This document shows, in pieces, positions 7,859 to 15,295 of a DNA stretch of 32,000 bases. Position 1 is the first letter of the stretch. Each line of letters begins with the position of its first letter. The DNA comes from Candidatus Lokiarchaeum ossiferum (GTDB taxonomy: Archaea > Asgardarchaeota > Lokiarchaeia > Sigyniarchaeales > Promethearchaeaceae), in contig CP104013.1 of NCBI GenBank assembly GCA_025839675.1, forward strand, positions 3,870,001-3,902,000. Reading direction: 5' to 3'. The notes beneath the pieces were generated by a model. It was not told the DNA's origin and ran no database searches. It saw only the letters and a list, made by a program, of their open reading frames with translations. The position numbers and the translations under genes were made by a program.

Positions 7859-9607
7859 TTATCGTTTTTTCTTTTTCATAGCAGCAACACAACGTTCTGC
7901 TAAAGCAACGGCATCATCTGCCCGCTTGGTTTCATTTTTCAATTTAGCCTTCAATTCTTCATTTTCCACTTTCACACCAGACATTTCCAGCTGAAGAGTT
8001 TGTTGAAGAACACGAATGGCATCCCGATCATCAATTGTTTCTTGTAATTGGATGGTGAGATCGTCTTTTTCCTCCATAATTTCAAGCATTTTTTCATCAT
8101 ACATTTCCCCGGGCAATGGAGTATCCGAGTTTTCCGCGTTTAGATTTGGAATAAGGTCATTAATATCGTGAAGAAGGGTGGTTTTCTCAGATTCAATATT
8201 ATTTTTAGATATATCCTCCATTTTGACCGTTTTTTGGGATTCTAAATCTAACAGGTTTTGCTTCATATTAAGATTTTCTTTCCGTAATTCATCAATTCGA
8301 GCATAGAGTTCAGATGGACTCAATTTTTGCGTTTTCAATACATCTTGAGATGCCTCTTCAAGAATACTTGGATTGAATGAATTTCGCAACCGTTCTACCA
8401 AAGCCGCTTTTGGTAAGATCTCTCCATTCTCAATAAAGTCTAGAGGATTATATCCTGCTCCACCGTGAATGGTATATCTTTTCCGAATTTTTACATATAA
8501 CGGACAGAAAGGAGACACATCTCCTGTGATTATGGCTTCCCCAGGAGATAAATTTTGGATTTCTTCATCAGCATCATTGGTCAACCCTTCGGCTGAATTG
8601 CAAGTGATTTTGATATCATTTAGATCCGTGAGTTTATGGATAATCCATGTTCCCGCTTGAGCTCTTATTGTAACGTCTAGAAGCTGAGGTTTTTGAGTGA
8701 TCACCACAAGATTGTGACCGAATTTTCTACCTTCTTGAGCTGAAAGTTTGAGGGTTTTTGTTATAGCTGTTTTTTTCTTACCAGCAAAAAGGTGTGCTTC
8801 ATCTATAAACAAGTAATGGGGTGGTATTTTCCGGAGAGTACTCGCTTTATATAGTTGATAGCAAAAATGATTGACAAAATTCTCCTGGACTGGAATATCT
8901 AGCCCGGAAAGGTTGATAATTATCACATTTCCAGATGTGATTAAATCCTCGATGTTCGCCGCCAAGAGATAATCTAAATTCAAATCTGCACCAGGATTAA
9001 CTTTAAGATCGCCAAACTCAATTATTGAGGCAGCATATTTCTTTTCTCGATCTTCAAGTTTAAAAAATGCTTCTTCTGGAGGAATGTTTTCTTTATCTAA
9101 CAATTTTAGAGATGAATATTCCCCATGGCGATCAATAATTACCAAAGGAATTCTTTTTTTCATTAATTCTTCAATTATAACTCCAACTGTGTAGGATTTT
9201 CCTGAACCAGATTTTCCCGTTATAAAAACCCTACCCAATTTTTCAACATTGATATTTCCATCAATAGTTGTGTGCAAAATTTTGCCTAGATGAAGAGCTT
9301 GTTCATCCATAATATTTAAGCCGATAGCATCTTTGATTTCTTCATCTTTTGCGTCATAAATTTCTGTCGAAATATCAAAGGGACTTAGGGGAGGCTCCCC
9401 GATAACATTCACCTTTGCATGGTATCCATTTTGATCATTCCATAACTGTTGAATTCCTAAAACATAGTTTTTATCCTCACATTGGGCGGACAGATATGAA
9501 TTTTTATGAATTGGATGAATTAAATTAACTTCAAATCCAAAAGGGGTTGTTTTTCCTTCAATTTTTGCGATAGCATTCGATTCGACAACTGGGGATTTAT
9601 CAGTCAT
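7859..9607 (-). CDS. HerA/FtsK-superfamily (DUF87-type) P-loop ATPase with a C-terminal coiled-coil extension
   Basis: Walker A ITGKSGSGKSYT followed by VIIDRHGEY. Walker B YLFIDEAHLF. Also GRKFGHNLVVITQKP and a ~110-aa N-terminal barrel-like region. The last ~180 aa are heptad-like and charged (ELYARIDELRKENLNMKQNLLDLESQK...LQQTLQLEMSGVKVENEELKAKLKNETKRADD). Confidence 0.85.
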   Translation of the reverse strand: MTDKSPVVESNAIAKIEGKTTPFGFEVNLIHPIHKNSYLSAQCEDKNYVLGIQQLWNDQNGYHAKVNVIGEPPLSPFDISTEIYDAKDEEIKDAIGLNIMDEQALHLGKILHTTIDGNINVEKLGRVFITGKSGSGKSYTVGVIIEELMKKRIPLVIIDRHGEYSSLKLLDKENIPPEEAFFKLEDREKKYAASIIEFGDLKVNPGADLNLDYLLAANIEDLITSGNVIIINLSGLDIPVQENFVNHFCYQLYKASTLRKIPPHYLFIDEAHLFAGKKKTAITKTLKLSAQEGRKFGHNLVVITQKPQLLDVTIRAQAGTWIIHKLTDLNDIKITCNSAEGLTNDADEEIQNLSPGEAIITGDVSPFCPLYVKIRKRYTIHGGAGYNPLDFIENGEILPKAALVERLRNSFNPSILEEASQDVLKTQKLSPSELYARIDELRKENLNMKQNLLDLESQKTVKMEDISKNNIESEKTTLLHDINDLIPNLNAENSDTPLPGEMYDEKMLEIMEEKDDLTIQLQETIDDRDAIRVLQQTLQLEMSGVKVENEELKAKLKNETKRADDAVALAERCVAAMKKKKR

Positions 9608-9812
9608 TTTTTTTCCTTCTATAATTAAATATCTTTTTTTCCCTTATCTAATTTAGTTAGACCAATTTTTTTTAGTAAAGAAATAGTGATTAAAAATATC
9701 AAAGAATCGAAAAAAACTGTTGTAAATGCTTCAAAAAACACTTCAAAAATATGAAATTTTGTTAAATCAATGGTTTTTTGTTTAAAGAAAGGAAAGAAAA
9801 AAGGGTAAAAAT

Positions 9813-10178
9813 TTATCGCTTCACTAATTTATAGGTCTTATATTCCGTGACTCCCTCAATAGCACCTTCTTTTACGGGAACTCGGACAAACATACTATCA
9901 TCGATTTGTTGCGGTTGTTTGGCAAGAGTAATTTGGTTTTGTTGATATTTTTGAAATGATTTGGCAGCGTCCAGCTCATGTATTAAAAAATCACGAACTG
10001 CAACTCGAATGAGTTCACTGCGGCTTGGATATAGACCTTTTTGACCTGTTAGTGCGTCAATTGCTTTTAAATAAGATACCGGAAGATTAACTGTGATTAT
10101 TCTCAAATCTGTCCACACACCGTTAGTATTGATTGTAAACCTTACATTTCCTCTAAAACGAGACGAAACGTAAAACAA
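9813..10178 (-). CDS. ribbon-helix-helix (CopG/NikR-N-like) DNA-binding protein
   Basis: RIITVNLPVSYLKAIDALTGQKGLYPSRSELIRVAVRDFL is a classic RHH strand-helix-helix. The ORF has no ATG: the track start at 10178 is TTG, and another TTG at 10106 would start directly at (M)RIITV. The start is therefore uncertain. Confidence 0.7.
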   Translation of the reverse strand: MFYVSSRFRGNVRFTINTNGVWTDLRIITVNLPVSYLKAIDALTGQKGLYPSRSELIRVAVRDFLIHELDAAKSFQKYQQNQITLAKQPQQIDDSMFVRVPVKEGAIEGVTEYKTYKLVKR

Positions 10179-10491
10179 TATTTTTCAAATTTCCCCCTTT
10201 TTGAAACCTATTATCCACTCCCGTGACGTTGCACATGAAATAAAAGGATTACGGTTGTTGCCAGCTTCTTTTAGGAAGACGACTACTATTTTATTTTGTC
10301 TGTCCTTGCTTATAAAAATATCGGCCTTTTTAAAGATGTTAGTTCTATAACATATTGGAAAAACAGCATATTTATAACGTGATTCTAAAAAACATAAGAT
10401 TTAAATAACTCTTATTCTAAAACGGATTAGAAAATGGGTGATTGGAATGTTTCCCACATTTTCTAAAAATGATTCCAAAAGAAAAGCATTA

Positions 10492-10812
10492 TTAGTGTTT
10501 TAACTTGTGATAAAACGAAATAAAGTCATTTGGCATTGATGGTTGTTTATCTATCATGGGAATTGGCTGATAATTCTTCCAATCTTTCGCTGATTCCAAT
10601 TCTTCTATTAAAAATTCACGAACAGCACATCGGATTAATTCTGATCTACTTGGATATAATCCTCCCTTTGTCAATTTTTCAATGGCTTTCAGATAAGTTT
10701 CTGGGACATTTACAGTTATAATTCTAATACTCCATCTCCGCCTTGTAATTGCCTTTGAGAGAAAAATAATCTCAGTTAAATATTTATAATCTAATTCTGT
10801 GGTACAAATCAC
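10492..10812 (-). CDS. ribbon-helix-helix (CopG/NikR-N-like) DNA-binding protein, paralogue of 9813..10178
   Basis: RIITVNVPETYLKAIEKLTKGGLYPSRSELIRCAVREFL. The core is roughly 70% identical by eye to the neighbouring RHH. GTG start at 10812, with no in-frame ATG before the RHH strand. Confidence 0.7.
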   Translation of the reverse strand: MICTTELDYKYLTEIIFLSKAITRRRWSIRIITVNVPETYLKAIEKLTKGGLYPSRSELIRCAVREFLIEELESAKDWKNYQPIPMIDKQPSMPNDFISFYHKLKH

Positions 10813-11138
10813 TTGAAATTAAGTAGTTCCAACAAACTTGTCTTTTAAACAAGCCGATTGAATTCGTATCTATGAACTTGAATAGATTATCTTTGATTTT
10901 GCACTAGTGGTTAATCTAGGTAAAAATCAACAGTAATGTTATTTGGTGGGGATTCAATAAAAAACTTTTGGCTCTTTTTAAAGACGACAAAACTCGATTT
11001 ATTGCTATTTTTATCATTCCAAACACATTTTATTGGGGATTGCACGTGATTTCTTTCCAATAGATTAATTCTTTGTTCCCACTTAATGTTCATTCCCATC
11101 TATTACTCTTTCTTATCTAAAACTACATTTTTGTGGCC

Positions 11139-13253
11139 TTACTTTAAATTACGAAGTTTTTGTTTTAGTAATTTTACTAAATCCTCGAGTTTAAAGGGTT
11201 TTTGGAGCCATGTAACAGTCGGAGAAATTAGATCTGGTATTTTATCTTGCGAATATCCCGTAATAAATATAATGTCCTGTTTCTTGTTGACTGTCCGAAT
11301 CCCATTATAAATTTCAATTCCATTTAAATCAGGTAAATTCACATCAAGGATTACAACCGGATATTGATCTGCATTTGCTATATAATGGGATAGAGTATCT
11401 TCTCCAGATGTAAAGTGTTTTACTTGTAAATTTAACTTCTGCAGATATTTCCTAATTGAAGTTGATATCGCTTTCTCATCTTCAGCAATTAAAATTTTCT
11501 GCTTGCTAAAAATCTTAAAACTTTTCTTATTACCAGTATCCACTTCTTGCTTTTCGACGTTTAGGTTAGTTAGATAAATCGGGAAAAATATCTTCGTTTC
11601 TAATCCTTCCCCTGGTTGGCTCTCCACCGATATGAATCCGTCCATAGAAAGAACATTACGATACACAATCGATAAACCTAAACCGGTACCCTTCCCTATT
11701 TTTTTTGTTGTAAAAAAAGGATCAAAAATATGTTTTAGGGTTTCTTCATCCATCCCTACTCCATCATCTTTGATAGAAATAAGTAATTCCCGCTCTTTAT
11801 CATAAAAGTGGTTTGATTTGGAAATAGTTGTATTATGTTTAGGTTGTTCAGAAATCGATACTTGGATATTGCCCCCTTCAATCAAGGCATCTCGAGAGTT
11901 CACTAAAATATTTGTAATTATTTGGTGTAATTTTGTTTGATTTCCTAGGATATAAACAGGTGTTTCATTCCAATTGGAATTAATATGAATGCGTTTGTCA
12001 ATGGTTTTGGAAAAAATTTTGATGGTTTTTTTGAGAAGGTTTTTGATTTCAATGGCTTCTTTCTCGAAATCTGTCTGACGGGAGAAAGTCAATATATTTG
12101 ACGTCATTTCCTGGGCACGTTGCGTTAATTCTTCGATATCCGCAAAATTTTCGGAATATTCTTTCTGTTTATCGGAATCTGATATTATATCTAGAACATC
12201 TTCCTTCAATAGAAACAAATTTCCTTGTAATCCCATGAGAATATTGTTAAAATCATGAGCAACTCCCCCTGCTAAAGTACCTAAAGCTTCCATCTTTTGA
12301 GCTTGGAATAATTGAGTTTCCACTTCACTTTTTTCTAGGAAAGTTTTTTCAATCAATTCAGTTTTTTTTACTAATGAGCGAGCGAAGAGAAAGATAATAA
12401 TGGAAGAAAACAGACTAATTACAATATAATGCCATTTAGCAAAATATCCTGTATTCGAAATAGAACTACTATTTGGTGATAGATGAAATTCCCAGACTCT
12501 ACCATAAAAGTGAATCTGTTTTGTTGAACAATAATCACTTTTTAGATCAAAATCTTCCTGATAGTGGTATACTGAAGAGTTGAATTCTTGCAATTCAAAG
12601 GAAAAATCTTGAAGAATTGGAGTCTGTTTAATTAATTCTTCAATTAAAGGATTGATTTGAAAAACAACGTTGAAATATCCTACAATTTCGGTCACTTTAG
12701 TAGTGGTGTTAACGTAGATCAAAGGATGATATGTGACCAAACCCATTCCTCCTTGAAACAAAGTTGTAACATTTGTCATTCCAACGAGTCCATCGTCCCG
12801 TGCTTTTGAAAATGCAATGTTTTCTGCTCCTGAAAGCAACTTTACAACAGACTTATTTACTGCTCCTTGATTATTTTCTTCTGGGTATACCCATGAAATG
12901 ACTCCTGAAGTATTTATCCAGTTTATAGCCAGATAACCTGGAAAAAATTCAAAATAATACGGAACCTTCAAGTAAAATCTTGTTGAAGAGTTTAAATTTT
13001 CAGTTCTTTGGATGTTCACCCAATCATTCGCAAAAATTTCAATTAATTCAATTCTTTGAGAGATATCATCTTCAATCTTCGATCTCATAAAGTTTGATAG
13101 TAATTCTGTCTCATTTTTTAACTTGGTTTGATCTTGCTTTACATCAAATACCCAAAACACGAAAGTTCCTATAAAAAATATTCCAAACAAAAGAAAAGGT
13201 GTTAGATTATGGATGAATTGTTGGTTTTTTTTAAAGAATTCCTTTCCCTTCAT
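11139..13253 (-). CDS. hybrid sensor histidine kinase with extracytoplasmic sensor domain and C-terminal receiver domain
   Basis: TM1 (LTPFLLFGIFFIGTFVFWVF), a ~250-aa extracytoplasmic domain, then TM2 (HYIVISLFSSIIIFLFA). H-box LAGGVAHDFNNIL. HATPase_c G-boxes (DDGVGMD, GKGTGLGLSIV). REC domain (ILIAEDE...VILDVNLPDLNG...KPF). Confidence 0.9.
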   Translation of the reverse strand: MKGKEFFKKNQQFIHNLTPFLLFGIFFIGTFVFWVFDVKQDQTKLKNETELLSNFMRSKIEDDISQRIELIEIFANDWVNIQRTENLNSSTRFYLKVPYYFEFFPGYLAINWINTSGVISWVYPEENNQGAVNKSVVKLLSGAENIAFSKARDDGLVGMTNVTTLFQGGMGLVTYHPLIYVNTTTKVTEIVGYFNVVFQINPLIEELIKQTPILQDFSFELQEFNSSVYHYQEDFDLKSDYCSTKQIHFYGRVWEFHLSPNSSSISNTGYFAKWHYIVISLFSSIIIFLFARSLVKKTELIEKTFLEKSEVETQLFQAQKMEALGTLAGGVAHDFNNILMGLQGNLFLLKEDVLDIISDSDKQKEYSENFADIEELTQRAQEMTSNILTFSRQTDFEKEAIEIKNLLKKTIKIFSKTIDKRIHINSNWNETPVYILGNQTKLHQIITNILVNSRDALIEGGNIQVSISEQPKHNTTISKSNHFYDKERELLISIKDDGVGMDEETLKHIFDPFFTTKKIGKGTGLGLSIVYRNVLSMDGFISVESQPGEGLETKIFFPIYLTNLNVEKQEVDTGNKKSFKIFSKQKILIAEDEKAISTSIRKYLQKLNLQVKHFTSGEDTLSHYIANADQYPVVILDVNLPDLNGIEIYNGIRTVNKKQDIIFITGYSQDKIPDLISPTVTWLQKPFKLEDLVKLLKQKLRNLK

Positions 13254-13383
13254 GTCATGGAATTAAGTAATCTCTTTCCTAAATTTTGTTCGAATCAATT
13301 GTAAAAACTACTCATGTAAAAAACACAATTTTGTCAGATCTTTAGAGTTGCAAGTTTTTTAATCTCATAACATCTACATGACG

Positions 13384-13535
13384 ATGGAAAAACGTTTTAA
13401 AATGAAAATCTAAAAAATTATTAGTTTAATTCAATTCATTGATTTTCATCTCGAGAAGTTAATCTATCAAATCCACTTATAATTTTAATCCATTGGTACT
13501 GTGGAGATAAGGAAAATATGAATTAGCGTTGATAT
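13384..13535 (+). pseudogene. decayed 5' fragment of an alpha/beta-hydrolase gene (paralogous to the start of 15296..16087)
   Basis: 13341..13535 aligns collinearly with 15244..15440. Shared anchors are aagtttttt, ATGGAAAAACG(T/C)TTT (start codon plus MEKRF) and TACTGTGG.GATAA.GAAAATATG (22/24 identical). The last anchor lies 113 versus 114 nt after the ATG. This copy has a TAA at codon 10 and a frameshift. Confidence 0.55.
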
Positions 13536-13561
13536 TGCTCATAAGATAAAAAATAATGATT

Positions 13562-15238
13562 CTATATAATTGGGATATAGACATCAAATTCAGAGTTTTG
13601 AGATGTGGGGTGGAATCGTCCATCATAATATTCTAAAATTGGTAAAGAAGTGATAATCGTATACTTACCATTTTCCTTCAACCATTTTTCAAAAATATAG
13701 GTCATTGTATCACCAAATTTGGCTATAGGTCCAATATGAGTAAATTTGGCCCATTTTTGACCATGAATTTTTCGCACAATCATATTATCTGGTATGTCCT
13801 CCACTTTTGAGACCTCAGTACAAGCTAAATATTCTTGTTCAGGGGAGTTTTGAATCGGAAAGGCAATTCCCCATGAGTATCCAGTTACTGGATGCTTAAT
13901 CTTCCAATCTAATTTATTGAATTCTTCCCAAAGTCCAAGATTATTCATTTTACCTATTTCACCCGTCATTGCCATTCCGACAACTGTAAATGCGGGTTTT
14001 TCAATGAATTTTGGTCCTCGAACTTGTAGATTAAAGACTTCGGAAATTTCTTTGATTCCTGTCAGAACCGCATGGACTTTCTCTAAGTTGGTTGGAATGT
14101 CAATAGCTTGGGGACATTTATCAAGACACTGGCCACATTGTATACAAAGTGACGCATCACCATTACCTGGATCTTGTAACAAGTCATCTTTTTCTTTACA
14201 CAACTCTGCATACGTATTATAGGCGGTATCTTTTGCCCCATCCCAGAAATAATCATTTAAAATCCGAAAAGTGGTTGGAATTGCTACTCCTGAGGGGCAA
14301 GGAAGACAATACTTGCAAAATGTACATGGCACAAGAGATTTTTGTTTAAAACGCGATGCGAGTTTTGTAATTAATTGGAGCTCTCTATCAGATAATTTAT
14401 TTATGCCCGAATTTTTGGCACTTTCAATATTTTCTTGTACTTGTTCCATAGAACTCATTCCCGACAGTAAAGTGGCAACTTCTGGAAAATTCCATACATA
14501 CTGGAGTGCCCAATCTGCGAGTGTCCGTTTAACTGGTGAATCTGCCAACAATTCTGATATTTCAGGTGTTGTTTTTACTAAAGCACCTCCTTTGATAGGT
14601 TCCATAATGACCACAGCAATACCTTTATTTGCAGCATATCGCAATCCTTTCATTGTTGCTTGAGTATCATGATCTACATAGTTGAATTGAATTTGAGCCA
14701 TTTCCCAGGGATGGAAATCAATTATTTCCTTAAAAACTTCGAAGTCATCATGAAAAGAAAAACCAATATGTTTGATAAGACCATTCTCCTTCGCTTTTTC
14801 CATGCGTTCAACTAGTTTCAAGGTTTTTACTTTTTCAAATAAATTTTTTCCCAACGCGTGAAACAAATAAATATCTAGGTATGGAGTGTCTAATTTCTTT
14901 AATTGTTTATCTAAAAACTCATCGAAATCTTCGGATTTTTCAACTAACCAGACAGGACATTTAGTTACCAATTTGATTTTCTCTCGATATCCGTCCTTCA
15001 AAGCTTTCCCAACAATTATTTCACTTTGTTCACCGTGATAGTTCCAAGCTGTGTCAATATAATTGATCCCTTGATCAATACCATATCGGACCATTTTAAT
15101 GGCTTCTTCTTCATCAATTACTTCAGAATCTCCTTCTTTTTTCATTGGAAAGCGCATACATCCAAAACCCAATGCGGATACTTTCCAATCTAGGGGCCCC
15201 ATCTTGCGATGTTTCATTGCAAAATAGTAATGAGCCAT
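13562..15238 (-). CDS. aldo/keto reductase fused to a 2x[4Fe-4S]-type cysteine domain and a C-terminal GyrI-like small-molecule-binding domain
   Basis: AKR N-terminus (VSALGFGCMRF, YIDTAWNYHGEQSE, VTKC, HIGFSFH). Cysteine motifs CTFCKYCLPCP and CIQCGQCLDKCP. The last ~155 aa match the GyrI-like pattern (FIEKPAFTVVGMAMTG...LWEEF...YLACTEV...IHGQKWAKFTHIGP...EYYD...EFDVYIPI). An alternative start at the internal ATG (MKHRKMG, 15217) is possible. Confidence 0.85.
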   Translation of the reverse strand: MAHYYFAMKHRKMGPLDWKVSALGFGCMRFPMKKEGDSEVIDEEEAIKMVRYGIDQGINYIDTAWNYHGEQSEIIVGKALKDGYREKIKLVTKCPVWLVEKSEDFDEFLDKQLKKLDTPYLDIYLFHALGKNLFEKVKTLKLVERMEKAKENGLIKHIGFSFHDDFEVFKEIIDFHPWEMAQIQFNYVDHDTQATMKGLRYAANKGIAVVIMEPIKGGALVKTTPEISELLADSPVKRTLADWALQYVWNFPEVATLLSGMSSMEQVQENIESAKNSGINKLSDRELQLITKLASRFKQKSLVPCTFCKYCLPCPSGVAIPTTFRILNDYFWDGAKDTAYNTYAELCKEKDDLLQDPGNGDASLCIQCGQCLDKCPQAIDIPTNLEKVHAVLTGIKEISEVFNLQVRGPKFIEKPAFTVVGMAMTGEIGKMNNLGLWEEFNKLDWKIKHPVTGYSWGIAFPIQNSPEQEYLACTEVSKVEDIPDNMIVRKIHGQKWAKFTHIGPIAKFGDTMTYIFEKWLKENGKYTIITSLPILEYYDGRFHPTSQNSEFDVYIPII

Positions 15239-15295
15239 TACTATTTAGAATTTTGGGTGGTAAGTTTTTTTAAGCTCATAGCAATTACAGTACCT

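Noticed and set aside
10252-10345. Possible third, decayed RHH copy in the RHH1-RHH2 intergenic region (cggttgtt and cctttttnnnnntgttagt resemble RHH1 coding sequence)
   Set aside because: The two anchors are 73 nt apart here but 123 nt apart in the gene. That is not collinear without invoking a deletion, so the evidence is too weak in AT-rich sequence.
9813-10812. RHH proteins as antitoxins of toxin-antitoxin modules
   Set aside because: No small toxin-like ORF (RelE/ParE/VapC size) follows or overlaps either RHH gene. The gaps are 200-300 bp and non-coding.
10911-11099. 62-aa minus-strand ORF between the second RHH gene and the kinase
   Set aside because: It has no motif and no clear start context, and I cannot assess conservation. 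It might be a real small protein, but I cannot support that.
8469-11310. Plus-strand ORFs 8469..8660, 10530..10721 and 11086..11310
   Set aside because: They are antisense to the HerA-like, RHH and histidine kinase genes respectively, and have no independent support.
13917-14663. Three plus-strand ORFs (13917..14222, 14149..14349, 14271..14663)
   Set aside because: They are antisense to the well-supported AKR/Fe-S/GyrI gene, have no motifs and overlap one another.
15209-15295. 5' extension of the hydrolase ORF (track start 15209). Similar cases are 22656..22700 and 29737..29823.
   Set aside because: The extensions overlap neighbouring genes or encode implausible sequence. Internal ATGs at 15296, 22701 and 29824 fit better. 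The 15296 start is also conserved in the decayed duplicate at 13384.
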